The position numbers were made by a program, and so were the translations under genes. Shown in pieces: positions 47,539 through 56,780 of a stretch of 56,780 nt of DNA. A model generated the notes under the pieces. That model was not told the origin of the DNA and made no database searches. It saw nothing but the letters and a program-made list of their open reading frames with translations. Where the stretch lies: the NCBI GenBank assembly GCA_021824065.1, contig JAKALU010000005.1, positions 1 to 56,780 of the forward strand, given 5' to 3'. This DNA comes from Nitrospirota bacterium. Lineage in GTDB: Bacteria; Nitrospirota; Thermodesulfovibrionia; Thermodesulfovibrionales; UBA1546. How positions within the stretch are numbered: position 1 is the first letter of the stretch; every line of letters begins with the position of its first letter.

Positions 47539-47775
47539 ATGAAGAAGCGTGTTAAATTGACCTTCCCTCAGCGTTTAATCAAAGAGCCTGTTATATTTAC
47601 AATGGCTAAGAAGTATGATGTGATGCCTAATATCAGGAGGGCAAGGGTAACAGAAACGGTAGGAGAAATGGTTCTTGAACTCGAAGGAACAGAAGAAAAT
47701 CTTGAAAAAGGTATAAAGTCCCTGAGAGAGCAGGGTGTAGAAGTTGAACTTGTAGAAGGAGACATCATAGAGTAA
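47539..47775 (+). CDS. Stand-alone NIL domain protein
   Basis: LTFP..IKEPVI..PNIRRA.V..GEMVLELEG; GGAGG RBS before ATG 47539. Confidence 0.82.
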   Translation: MKKRVKLTFPQRLIKEPVIFTMAKKYDVMPNIRRARVTETVGEMVLELEGTEENLEKGIKSLREQGVEVELVEGDIIE

Positions 47776-47863
47776 AATTCTGAATTCGAAATTCTAAGTC
47801 CTAAATGTTTGTGGAATTTGAACTTGTTTAGAATTTAGATATTAGATATTAGGATTTGAGATT
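47776..47863. repeat. Inverted pair of 7-mer arrays
   Basis: ttctgaa ttcgaaa ttctaag tcctaaa versus tttagaa tttagat attagat attagga tttgaga. Confidence 0.7.
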
Positions 47864-47887
47864 ATAATTTCTGATTCAAGGAGAGTT

Positions 47888-48976
47888 ATGGAAATAGGAG
47901 AGTGTAATAGTTCAAAAACTTCGTGGAGAGGAATAATTGAGGAATACCGAGAATTCCTTCCAGTCAGCAGTGACTCACCTGTTGTAACGCTTAGGGAAGG
48001 AAATACTCCACTAATAAAGGCGACGAACCTGAAAAGGAAGGGCATCGACCTCGAGGTCTATTTTAAATTCGAGGGCGCTAACCCAACAGGCTCTTTCAAA
48101 GACAGGGGCATGACGCTTGCCTTATCAAAGGCTGTTGAGGCGAGGTCAAAGGCAGTGATATGCGCATCAACAGGCAATACATCTGCGTCTGCTGCAGCTT
48201 TTGCAGCAAGGGCGGGTATAAAGGCAATAGTACTTATCCCTCAGGGAAAGATTGCTCTCGGCAAACTTGCTCAGGCACTCGTTCATGGTGCATATGTGAT
48301 TCAGGTAGAAGGCAATTTTGATGAGGCATTGAACATAGTTAAAGCACTTGTTGAAAGATATCCGATAACACTCGTGAACTCTATAAATCCATTTAGATTG
48401 GAAGGCCAGAAAACAGCTGCCTTTGAAGTCTGTGACCAACTTGGCTTTGTACCGAAATACCATGCGCTCCCTGTTGGTAATGCAGGGAATATTACTGCAT
48501 ACTGGAAAGGTTACAGGGAGTATCACAGTAGTGGAAAGATTTCATCGTTACCGATTATGCTGGGGTTTCAGGCAGCAGGTGCTGCACCGATTGTCAAAGG
48601 GCACCCAATAGAAAGACCTGAGACAATAGCAACTGCCATAAGAATCGGCAATCCAGCGAGCTGGAAAGGAGCAGTTGCGGCAAGGGATGAATCAGGCGGA
48701 AAGATTGAGGCTGTGACAGATGAAGAGATACTGAAAGCTTACAGCCTTATTGCATCAGTAGAAGGTATATTCTGTGAACCTGCATCTGCCGCATCATTGG
48801 CAGGTGTGATAAAGTTATATAAAGAAGGATATTTAAAAACAGGAGATACTGTTGTATGTACGCTTACAGGCCACGGGCTTAAAGACCCTGATACAGTATT
48901 CAGGGTGACAAAAGAACCGATGAAGGTTAAAGCAGAAATTGGAGAGGTAGAGAAGGCGTTAGAGGGAATAATATGA
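47888..48976 (+). CDS. thrC: Threonine synthase
   Basis: [39 protein letters not shown]. Confidence 0.93.
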   Translation: MEIGECNSSKTSWRGIIEEYREFLPVSSDSPVVTLREGNTPLIKATNLKRKGIDLEVYFKFEGANPTGSFKDRGMTLALSKAVEARSKAVICASTGNTSASAAAFAARAGIKAIVLIPQGKIALGKLAQALVHGAYVIQVEGNFDEALNIVKALVERYPITLVNSINPFRLEGQKTAAFEVCDQLGFVPKYHALPVGNAGNITAYWKGYREYHSSGKISSLPIMLGFQAAGAAPIVKGHPIERPETIATAIRIGNPASWKGAVAARDESGGKIEAVTDEEILKAYSLIASVEGIFCEPASAASLAGVIKLYKEGYLKTGDTVVCTLTGHGLKDPDTVFRVTKEPMKVKAEIGEVEKALEGII

Positions 48977-48980
48977 GTGA

Positions 48981-49046
48981 TGCAAAAATCAAAAGTCAAA
49001 ACGCAAAATTGCGGGGGAATTATTGTTTAATTTTGAAATTTGCAGT
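48981..49046. repeat. Inverted pair of 7-mer arrays
   Basis: gcaaaaa tcaaaag tcaaaac gcaaaat versus gtttaa ttttgaa atttgca. Confidence 0.55.
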
Positions 49047-49061
49047 TGGATGGGATTAGCT

Positions 49062-50279
49062 GTGAAGTATATAGTTATTATAGGCGACGGAATGGCTGAC
49101 AGGCCTTTAAAAGAGCTTGGTGGAAAGACCTCTCTGCAGGCAGCATTTACTCCAAATATGGATAAGCTTGCTTATGAAGGAACAATAGGCAGGGTAAGAA
49201 CAGTGCCAGAAGGTCTTTATCCAGGCTCTGATGTTGCCAATCTGAGCATACTCGGTTATGACCCGAAGAAGTTTTATACTGGAAGGGCTCCACTTGAGGC
49301 GGCAAGCATAGGTGTTGACCTTAAGGATGATGATATTGCTTACAGATGTAATCTTGTTACCCTTAAATTTAATAAAGATAAGACAATTGCAATAATGGAG
49401 GACTACAGCAGTGGCCATATTTCAACAGAAGAAGCAGGCATACTTATAAAAGATGTAGATAAGGAGCTCAGCACCCCTGCGATAAAATTTTATAATGGTG
49501 TAAGTTACAGACATTTAATGGTCTGGTCTGGTGGCGAACCAGATGTAGAATGTGCTCCACCGCATGACATAATAGGAAAAGAGATATCTGATTATCTGCC
49601 TGTTGGTTCCGGAGAAGAAGTGCTCAGAGGATTAATGTTAGATTCAGTCGATATTCTCGAGAGCCATGAAATAAATAAAGAACGCATAAGCCAGGGTAAA
49701 AACCCTGCAAATAGTATATGGCTCTGGGGACAGGGCAAAAAGCCAAGGCTATCAAAATTTAAAGAAAAATATTCTATTGATGGTGCGATGGTTTCCGCAG
49801 TAGACCTTACCAAAGGGCTTGGCATTTACGCAGGTTTTGAAATACTGCAGGTACCGGGCGTTACAGGGTGGCTCGACACAAACTATGTCGGAAAGGCAGA
49901 GGCATCATTGAAGGCGCTCGAAAGAGTTGATTTTGTATATATTCATGTAGAGGCGCCTGACGAAGCAGGACATTCTGGAAATTATAAGGATAAGATTAAG
50001 GCAATAGAGGATTTTGATGCGCTTGTTGTTGGTACTGTTATGAGGGGCATCAGACCGTTTGAAGAATGTAGGATTTTATTGATGCCTGATCACCCGACGC
50101 CGATAGAGGTCAGGACTCATACAGATGAGCCTGTGCCATTTGTTATTTTTGACAATGGACATAAGAGGAAGAATGAAGGTGCTGCTTTTGATGAGTCAAT
50201 TTTACAACGAAAAGACATAGTGATTATCGAGGAAGGATATAAACTGATGGATTATTTTATAAAGGGAGTTTTAGGCTAA
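49062..50279 (+). CDS. apgM: Cofactor-independent phosphoglycerate mutase family (ApgM)
   Basis: [31 protein letters not shown]; between thrC and lysC. Confidence 0.88.
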   Translation: MKYIVIIGDGMADRPLKELGGKTSLQAAFTPNMDKLAYEGTIGRVRTVPEGLYPGSDVANLSILGYDPKKFYTGRAPLEAASIGVDLKDDDIAYRCNLVTLKFNKDKTIAIMEDYSSGHISTEEAGILIKDVDKELSTPAIKFYNGVSYRHLMVWSGGEPDVECAPPHDIIGKEISDYLPVGSGEEVLRGLMLDSVDILESHEINKERISQGKNPANSIWLWGQGKKPRLSKFKEKYSIDGAMVSAVDLTKGLGIYAGFEILQVPGVTGWLDTNYVGKAEASLKALERVDFVYIHVEAPDEAGHSGNYKDKIKAIEDFDALVVGTVMRGIRPFEECRILLMPDHPTPIEVRTHTDEPVPFVIFDNGHKRKNEGAAFDESILQRKDIVIIEEGYKLMDYFIKGVLG

Positions 50280-51505
50280 TGCTCATTGTTCAAAAGTACG
50301 GCGGGACATCTGTTGCGAATGTTGAAAGGATAAAGGCTGTCGCAGAGCGTGTTGTAAAGACTGCAAAGCAGGGGCATAAGGTTGTGGTTGTTGTCTCTGC
50401 CATGTCAGGAGAGACAGACAAGTTGATAAACCTTGCCCATCAGGTATCAGCAAGTCCCAGCGAAAGAGAGATGGATCTGCTCCTTTCTTCAGGAGAGCGG
50501 GTTACAAGTGCTCTCACAGCAATGGCTATAGAGGAACTCGGCTGTAAGGCAATGGCATTTACAGGAAGGCAGATGGGAATAATAACAGACGCTGTTCATA
50601 CAAAGGCAAGGATAGAGAAGATAACAGGTGAGAGGGCAAAGAAGGCTCTGGAAGAAAATTATATTATTGTTGTCGCAGGGTTTCAGGGGATAACAGAAGG
50701 CGAGGCCGATGTAACCACGCTTGGAAGAGGAGGCTCTGACCTTTCAGCAGTTGCTATAGCATCAGCATTGGATGCAGATTTATGTGAGATTTATACTGAT
50801 GTTGACGGAGTTTATACCACAGATCCTAATATAGTGCCAGAGGCAAGAAAACTCGATAAAATCTCCTATGAGGAAATGCTCGAGTTTGCAAGCCTCGGGG
50901 CAAAGGTACTTCAGACACGATCTGTGGAATTTGCCATGAAATACAATGTCCCGACTGTTGTGAGGTCAAGCTTTAATGATAATCCAGGAACCCTTGTTGT
51001 GAAGGAGGATAAGGACATGGAAAATGTTGTTGTATCAGGAGTTGCCTATGATAAAAATCAGGTGAAATTGACCATCATGTCTGTCCCTGATAAGCCAGGG
51101 ATTGCAGCAAAGATATTCAATGCCATTGCAAATGCAAATGTTGTTGTTGATATGATTGTCCAGAACATAAGCAGTGATGGAAAGGCTACTGATATATCAT
51201 TCACAGTTCCAAAGACAGACAGTAAAAGGGCATTGAAGATAACAGAAGACGTTGCAAAGGAACTCGGTGCAAAGGGCGTTACAACGAGAGAAGACATTGC
51301 AAAGATATCAATTGTCGGTGTTGGAATGAGAACACATTCAGGAGTTGCGGCGAAGATGTTTGAGACCCTTGCAAAGCACGGAGTTAACATAATGATGATA
51401 AGCACGTCAGAGATAAAGGTCTCATGCGTGATTGATTCAAAATACACAGAGCTTGCAGTCAGGGTGCTGCATGACACATTCGGATTAGCAGGAGGTAAGG
51501 TCTGA
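50279..51505 (+). CDS. lysC: Aspartate kinase
   Basis: [22 protein letters not shown], two ACT domains. Confidence 0.96.
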   Translation: MLIVQKYGGTSVANVERIKAVAERVVKTAKQGHKVVVVVSAMSGETDKLINLAHQVSASPSEREMDLLLSSGERVTSALTAMAIEELGCKAMAFTGRQMGIITDAVHTKARIEKITGERAKKALEENYIIVVAGFQGITEGEADVTTLGRGGSDLSAVAIASALDADLCEIYTDVDGVYTTDPNIVPEARKLDKISYEEMLEFASLGAKVLQTRSVEFAMKYNVPTVVRSSFNDNPGTLVVKEDKDMENVVVSGVAYDKNQVKLTIMSVPDKPGIAAKIFNAIANANVVVDMIVQNISSDGKATDISFTVPKTDSKRALKITEDVAKELGAKGVTTREDIAKISIVGVGMRTHSGVAAKMFETLAKHGVNIMMISTSEIKVSCVIDSKYTELAVRVLHDTFGLAGGKV

Positions 51506-52413
51506 TGGGCATACTCGATTGCATAGGAAACACGCCTATTGTAAAACTGGATAAGATAAATCCAAATCCAAAGGTGAGGCTTTATGCCAAGCTTGAAGGA
51601 AATAATCCAGGAGGTTCTGTAAAAGACAGGATTGCATATTATATGGTTCAGGCTGCCGAGGAATCAGGCCGGCTGAAGAATGGTTCAATAATTTTAGAGG
51701 CAACCTCAGGCAATACAGGGATTGGACTGGCAATGGTAGGAAGTGCCAAGGGGTACAGGGTTAAGCTCGTGATGCCCGAATGCGTGAGCCTTGAAAGGAG
51801 AAAGGTTCTTGAGGCATTCGGAGCTGAACTTGTTTTAAGTCCTGGAAATGAAGGCACAGACGGCGCAATAAGGCTTGCGCATAAGATTTATGACGAAAAT
51901 AAAAACGGATATTTTATGCCGAACCAGTTTGATAATGAGGCGAATAGTAAGGCACATTATGAAACAACAGGAAAAGAAGTGATGGAGCAAACAAAAGGCG
52001 AGGTCAGTGTCTTTGTTGGAGGTATGGGAACAACCGGGACTCTCATGGGTGCTGGAAGAAGGCTTAAAGAATATAACAGCAATATTACGATAGTTGGGGT
52101 TGAGCCGTTGCTGGGTCACAGGATACAGGGTCTTAAAAACATGAAGGAATCCATTGTGCCGAAAATATTTAATCCCTCAGCCCTCGATGAAAAGCTGAAT
52201 GTAAATGATGACGACGCATTTAATACAACCAGGCGCCTTGCTGTGGAAGAAGGTCTTTTTGTTGGCATGAGCAGCGGTGCTGCAATGTGGGCAGCGATGA
52301 AAAAGGCTAAAGAGATGAAGGATGGGACGCTTGTTGTGATTCTTCCTGACAGGGGAGACAGATATCTGAGCACTGCGCTATTTACTTCTGTCTGCGCAAA
52401 GTGCCCGCCGTAA
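51505..52413 (+). CDS. cysM: Cysteine synthase B
   Basis: NPGGSVKDR, TSGNTG, GTTGT, GMSSG, PDRGDRYLS; C-terminal CAKCPP. Confidence 0.88.
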   Translation: MGILDCIGNTPIVKLDKINPNPKVRLYAKLEGNNPGGSVKDRIAYYMVQAAEESGRLKNGSIILEATSGNTGIGLAMVGSAKGYRVKLVMPECVSLERRKVLEAFGAELVLSPGNEGTDGAIRLAHKIYDENKNGYFMPNQFDNEANSKAHYETTGKEVMEQTKGEVSVFVGGMGTTGTLMGAGRRLKEYNSNITIVGVEPLLGHRIQGLKNMKESIVPKIFNPSALDEKLNVNDDDAFNTTRRLAVEEGLFVGMSSGAAMWAAMKKAKEMKDGTLVVILPDRGDRYLSTALFTSVCAKCPP

Positions 52414-52421
52414 ATCGATAT

Positions 52422-52579
52422 TCAGGCAAAGCGTTTTGTTTCTTTAGACAGGTGTTCTTTATCCACATCCTGAGAAGTGATGTGTAGCTCAAACCTTTGA
52501 GTTCAGCAATCTTTTCAACTGATTTAATATCATCAGGATCAAGCCTTATTGCGACAGTCTTTCTGGGTTTTTTAATAGA
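52422..52579 (-). pseudogene. Truncated, frameshifted CopG/RHH antitoxin remnant
   Basis: Translates KTVAIRLDPDDIKSVEKIAELKGLSYTSLLRMWIK; no start codon, upstream in-frame stop; a one-base shift gives EHLSKETKRFA-stop. Confidence 0.65.
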
Positions 52580-52623
52580 TCTTATTTCACAGCACTGTCA
52601 ATGGGATTTTAAAGGTAAAAAGA

Positions 52624-52662
52624 GAGATTGCCACATCCCGATAAGTTGAGGCTCGCAATGAC
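52624..52662. repeat. REP-like element GAGATTGCC..CTCGCAATGAC
   Basis: Same ends as 33330-33366. Confidence 0.6.
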
Positions 52663-52694
52663 AATCTATAAATAGAAAATGTTACGATATATCA

Positions 52695-53705
52695 ATGCAA
52701 TTTGTTGACTATACGAAGATTCATGTGAAGGCCGGAGATGGCGGAAGGGGGTGCGTCAGCTTCAGGAGGGAGAAGTATGTTCCTCGCGGCGGGCCTGATG
52801 GCGGTGACGGAGGAAGGGGGGGGCATATTATATTCAAGGCTACAAAAGAACTGAACACTCTCCTTGACCTCAGGTATCACCGCGAATACAAGACAAAAAA
52901 AGGTCAGCACGGCATGGGGAAAAAGATGCACGGCAAGAACGGTGAAGACAGGATTATACCAGTGCCTGTTGGAACTTTAATTAAGGATGCTGATACAGAA
53001 GATATCATATCAGACCTTGATAAAGAAGGGATGGAAGCTGTGATTGCAAAGGGTGGAAGAGGAGGGCTTGGCAATGCGCATTTTGCAACGCCGACAAGAC
53101 AGGCTCCAAGGTTTGCGCAGGGAGGAGAAGAAGGTGAAGAAAAAAACCTTATTATCGAGTTAAAGCTTCTCGCTGATGTTGGTTTAATAGGTCTTCCGAA
53201 TGCAGGCAAATCAACACTTATATCTGTGATATCTTCTGCAAGGCCAAAGATTGCTGATTATCCATTCACTACACTCACACCGAATCTTGGAGTCGTGAAA
53301 CTCGGAAATTACAGGAGTTTTGTTGTTGCAGACATCCCGGGTCTTATTGAAGGCGCACATAAAGGCGCAGGTCTTGGCTTCCAGTTTTTGCGACATGTTG
53401 AGCGAACATCAATGCTTTTACATCTTGTAGATGTCTCAGATATCTTAGAGAGCGACCCTGTTAAAGATTTTGAAAAGATAAACAAGGAACTTGAACTTTA
53501 CAGCCCAAAGCTTTTGGGAAAACCTCAAGCAGTTGTAGGAACAAAAACTGATATCGCAGGAGATAAAAAGAGGCTCGATAAACTTGAAAAATATTGCAAG
53601 GCAAACTCAATCGATTTCTTCCCGGTATCTGCAGTAACAGGAAGGGGCATTAAAAAACTCTTGTCTTATCTTGCTATCAGTGTGGTGAAAAGTGGAGATG
53701 CATAA
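52695..53705 (+). CDS. obgE: GTPase ObgE
   Basis: FRREKYVPRGGPDGGDGG, GLPNAGKS, YPFTT, DIPG. Confidence 0.97.
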   Translation: MQFVDYTKIHVKAGDGGRGCVSFRREKYVPRGGPDGGDGGRGGHIIFKATKELNTLLDLRYHREYKTKKGQHGMGKKMHGKNGEDRIIPVPVGTLIKDADTEDIISDLDKEGMEAVIAKGGRGGLGNAHFATPTRQAPRFAQGGEEGEEKNLIIELKLLADVGLIGLPNAGKSTLISVISSARPKIADYPFTTLTPNLGVVKLGNYRSFVVADIPGLIEGAHKGAGLGFQFLRHVERTSMLLHLVDVSDILESDPVKDFEKINKELELYSPKLLGKPQAVVGTKTDIAGDKKRLDKLEKYCKANSIDFFPVSAVTGRGIKKLLSYLAISVVKSGDA

Positions 53706-53777
53706 GACTAAATATATCCTTCCCTGATTTCCTGCAAAATCGTGCTAAACAGATTTCTGTTGTGATAAAGTATATAA

Positions 53778-55376
53778 ATGAAAACTGTGTCTATCAGCTT
53801 TTTACTGGGTTTTGCTCTGATACTAACCCTGATTTCCTGCACGCGTGAGCCTGAGGTCAAGAATCCAAATGCCATAACTATTGGCTCACTTGCGGATGCA
53901 AAAAGACTGCTGCCCTTGCTTGCCTCTGACAGCGCCTCAGGAGATATAAGCGGCTGGATTTTCAATGGCCTTACAAAATATGACAAAAATATAAAAGTTA
54001 CAGGTGACCTTGCAGAGTCATGGGATATCTCTCCTAATGGCCTCCAGATAATCTTCCATTTGAGAAAAGGTGTCCTCTGGCATGATGGTGTTGAGTTTAC
54101 AGCAGATGATGTTGTTTTCACTTATAACACAGTAATCGACCCAAAAGTACCAACTCCGTATAGCAGCATCTATGGCCCAGTCAAAGAGGTAGAGGCGCTT
54201 GATAAATACACAGTAAAAGTTACTTACAGCGAACCTTTTGCGCCTGCTCTGGAGTCATGGGGCATGGGAATAATACCCAGGCATATACTTGAAGGGAAGG
54301 ACATAAGTGCTGAGTACTACAATAGGAATCCAATAGGGACCGGGCCATATAAAATAAAAGAGTGGGTAACAGGTCAGAAGATAGTCCTTGAGGCTTATGG
54401 TAATTATTTTGAAGGAAGGCCAAAGATAGATAAATACATAGCAAGGGTTATCCCTGATACAGCAACTATGTTTCTTGAGCTCAAATTCGGGGGCATAGAT
54501 TTTATGGGGCTAACGCCTCCCCAGTATAAGCTCCAGGCAGATACAGAGTTCTTTAATAAATACTTTCAGAAATTCAAATACCCCTCTTTTGGATACACAT
54601 ATCTTGGCTATAACCTCCTTGACGCTAAGTTTAAAGATAAAAGGATAAGGCAGGCATTGACGTATGCAATAAACAAGAAAGATATCATAGAAGGAGTGCT
54701 CCTTGGTTATGGCACACCTTGCACAGGGCCGTTTCCGCCTGAATCATGGGCTTATAATCCTAATGCAAAAGACCTTGAATATAATCCTGAAAGGGCAAAA
54801 AAGCTTTTTGAAGATGCAGGTTGGGAAATAGGACAGAGCGGGTTGCTCGAAAAAGACGGAAAGCCGTTTTCATTTACTGTATTGGTGAATCAGGGAAATG
54901 AGGCAAGGCTCAAGACTGCACAGATAATAAAAGAGAACCTGAAAGCAATAGGCGTTGAGATGAATATTAAGGTACTGGAATGGCAGGCAATGCTCCATGA
55001 GTTTATAGATAAGAAGCGTTTCGAAGCAGTAATCATGGGATGGGCTTTGTCGAGAGACCCTGATATATATGACATCTGGCATTCTTCAAAGACAAAGGAG
55101 GGTGAGTTTAATTTTATCTCTTATAAGAATGAAGAGGTAGACAGATTATTGCTTGAAGGAAGACGCACTTTTGATATGGAAAAGCGAAAAAAGATTTATC
55201 ACAGAATTCATGCAATACTTTTAGACGAACAGCCATATACATTTTTATACGTCCCTGATGCCCTGCCTGTTCTTCATAAGAGGATTAAAGGTGTTGAGAA
55301 GGCGCCTCTCGGCATATGGTATGACTTTATCCACTGGCATGTGCCAAAGGATAAGGTGGAGTGGTACAGTCCATAA
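53778..55376 (+). CDS. Peptide/nickel ABC transporter substrate-binding lipoprotein (family 5)
   Basis: LISC lipobox, LAESW, WHDG..FTADDV, PIGTGPY, RIRQAL. Confidence 0.92.
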   Translation: MKTVSISFLLGFALILTLISCTREPEVKNPNAITIGSLADAKRLLPLLASDSASGDISGWIFNGLTKYDKNIKVTGDLAESWDISPNGLQIIFHLRKGVLWHDGVEFTADDVVFTYNTVIDPKVPTPYSSIYGPVKEVEALDKYTVKVTYSEPFAPALESWGMGIIPRHILEGKDISAEYYNRNPIGTGPYKIKEWVTGQKIVLEAYGNYFEGRPKIDKYIARVIPDTATMFLELKFGGIDFMGLTPPQYKLQADTEFFNKYFQKFKYPSFGYTYLGYNLLDAKFKDKRIRQALTYAINKKDIIEGVLLGYGTPCTGPFPPESWAYNPNAKDLEYNPERAKKLFEDAGWEIGQSGLLEKDGKPFSFTVLVNQGNEARLKTAQIIKENLKAIGVEMNIKVLEWQAMLHEFIDKKRFEAVIMGWALSRDPDIYDIWHSSKTKEGEFNFISYKNEEVDRLLLEGRRTFDMEKRKKIYHRIHAILLDEQPYTFLYVPDALPVLHKRIKGVEKAPLGIWYDFIHWHVPKDKVEWYSP

Positions 55377-55380
55377 AAAA

Positions 55381-55438
55381 GTTGTTAGTTGTCAGTTTTC
55401 AGGCTAACAACTGAAAACTAAAAACCAAAAACTGAAAA
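55381..55438. repeat. Inverted pair of 7-mer arrays
   Basis: ttgttag ttgtcag ttttcag versus ctaacaa ctgaaaa ctaaaaa ccaaaaa ctgaaaa. Confidence 0.75.
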
Positions 55439-55446
55439 GAGAATGC

Positions 55447-56780
55447 ATGGACTTTTTGAAGGAGATTGAAGAGAATTTTGATAAATTAAGCGGCAGGCAA
55501 TTAGCTGCTTTTTATACCAAAAAGATAGACGATTTTCTCGCAGAACTCTTTAACTCTATAGACTCAAAAAACCCGATAACTCTTATCGCTGTTGGCGGAT
55601 ACGGCAGGGCAGAGCTTGCGCCTTTTTCTGATATTGACATTATGTTCTTTGCAAAGGATAAGACAGATGCAAAGAAGGTAGAGTCAGTGCTTTATAATCT
55701 CTGGGATACAGGGCTTACAATAGGACATTCTTTCAGGACCGCAGAAGACTGCATTGCAGAGGCAAATAAGGACCTGCGAACGCATACATCATTGCTCGAG
55801 GCAAGGTTTCTGGCAGGTGACAGAGAGCTATATGATTATTTTCTTGAAAAGGTCTATTCAGAGATCGCTTATAAAAAGCAGAGAAATTTCATAAGCAGCA
55901 AGTTAAAAGAGACGGAGAAAAGGCACAGGGATTATGGAGGTTCTGTATTTTTGCTTGAACCAAATGTCAAAGAAGGGCAGGGCGGTCTAAGAGATATACA
56001 CACAATGCTGTGGCTTTCAAAGGTTGCATTGAAGCTCGGAGACATCGAAGGACTTTCATCTGTGATCTCAAAACATGAATTTAAGAGATTGGTTAAGGCG
56101 TATGATTTTTTGCTAAAGGTGAGGTTTTGCCTGCATCTGATGAGTGGAAGAAAAAATGATATCCTCTCATTTAACACCCATGATTATGTTGCAAAAAAAC
56201 TGGGTTTTTATGATTCAAAGAAATTTCTTGGCTCGGAAAGATTCATGAGGTATTTTTATCTTAAGGCAAACGTAATAAAAGATACGACATCAATTGTGTC
56301 AGGAATCTGCAGCAGACAATGGACAATTCCGCGGGGAATAGATAGTCTGCTAAAGAGAAAGATTACAGACAACTTTTTTGTATATAGAAATGTAATTGTT
56401 CCGTCCAGAAAGGATTTATTTAAAACAGACCCTAATGGAATCATCGAGGCGTTTTATGTTTTTTCAAAAACAGGCAAGAACTTCAGTCATGGTTTAAAGA
56501 CAGAGATAAAGCACAGCCTGCTTTTATTGGGCAGGAAGGTAAGGAATTCCCATAAGGCTATATCATTTTTTATTGAAATTCTTAAAGATAAAAGAGTATA
56601 TGAAACCCTCAGGGAGATGAATGATACGGGAGTGCTCGGACGCTTTATTCCTGAGTTCGGGGCTTTGAGGTCATTGGTGATATACGAGCCTTATCACAGA
56701 TATACTGTTGATGAACATACGCTGCTCGCAATAAAGAATCTCGAACTTCTGACTACTACAAAATATAAAAACCTCGAGCA
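55447..56780 (+). CDS. glnD: [Protein-PII] uridylyltransferase, 3' end outside window; not in ORF track
   Basis: Manual translation: AVGGYGRAELAPFSDIDI, EPNVKEGQGGLRDIH, YHRYTVDEH. Confidence 0.93.
   Translation, partial: MDFLKEIEENFDKLSGRQLAAFYTKKIDDFLAELFNSIDSKNPITLIAVGGYGRAELAPFSDIDIMFFAKDKTDAKKVESVLYNLWDTGLTIGHSFRTAEDCIAEANKDLRTHTSLLEARFLAGDRELYDYFLEKVYSEIAYKKQRNFISSKLKETEKRHRDYGGSVFLLEPNVKEGQGGLRDIHTMLWLSKVALKLGDIEGLSSVISKHEFKRLVKAYDFLLKVRFCLHLMSGRKNDILSFNTHDYVAKKLGFYDSKKFLGSERFMRYFYLKANVIKDTTSIVSGICSRQWTIPRGIDSLLKRKITDNFFVYRNVIVPSRKDLFKTDPNGIIEAFYVFSKTGKNFSHGLKTEIKHSLLLLGRKVRNSHKAISFFIEILKDKRVYETLREMNDTGVLGRFIPEFGALRSLVIYEPYHRYTVDEHTLLAIKNLELLTTTKYKNLE

Overview
Bacterial chromosomal window, AT-rich and gene-dense. 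Gene content suggests an anaerobic Nitrospirota/Thermodesulfovibrionia-like or deltaproteobacteria-like organism (inference only). From left to right: (1) SDR, an RHH/PIN toxin-antitoxin (TA) pair, a Zn-dehydrogenase and TolC. (2) A trehalose/osmoprotection island (MscS-DUF5752 fusion, treT, membrane-anchored otsA, otsB), bracketed by a duplicated 3' end of an EamA gene. (3) pncB, a second TA pair, and an integrase-less integron-like cassette array with three attC-like hairpins and an attI-like site (13.1-15.6 kb). (4) lipA, an aminotransferase and hom. (5) A nitrogen-assimilation cluster (split three-gene glutamate synthase, lhgO, an ATPase-like/XRE/cupin regulator, a second FMN glutamate-synthase-like gene, nrpR, PII, glnA), with a recurring GGYA-N6-TRCC operator. 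(6) higBA, followed by a second copy of the last 60 bp of glnA that has its own RBS and ATG. (7) A sulfur/selenium-themed island: a possible Sec-containing Zn-ribbon protein, two tandem modules of [secreted CXXCH beta-propeller + Cys-Cys MacB-like permease + ATPase], a penta-heme cytochrome with an in-frame UGA and SECIS hairpin (ExtKL-like selenoprotein, split in the ORF track), then DsrE-like, TusA, MoeB, JAMM protease, ThrC paralog, MoaD and NIL genes. (8) thrC, apgM, lysC, cysM, obgE, a peptide-binding lipoprotein and partial glnD. No rRNA, tRNA, CRISPR array, integrase or transposase was recognised. Short 7/8-mer arrays and REP-like palindromes are frequent, and several sit in frame inside genes. 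All calls come from reading motifs by eye; no searches were run.
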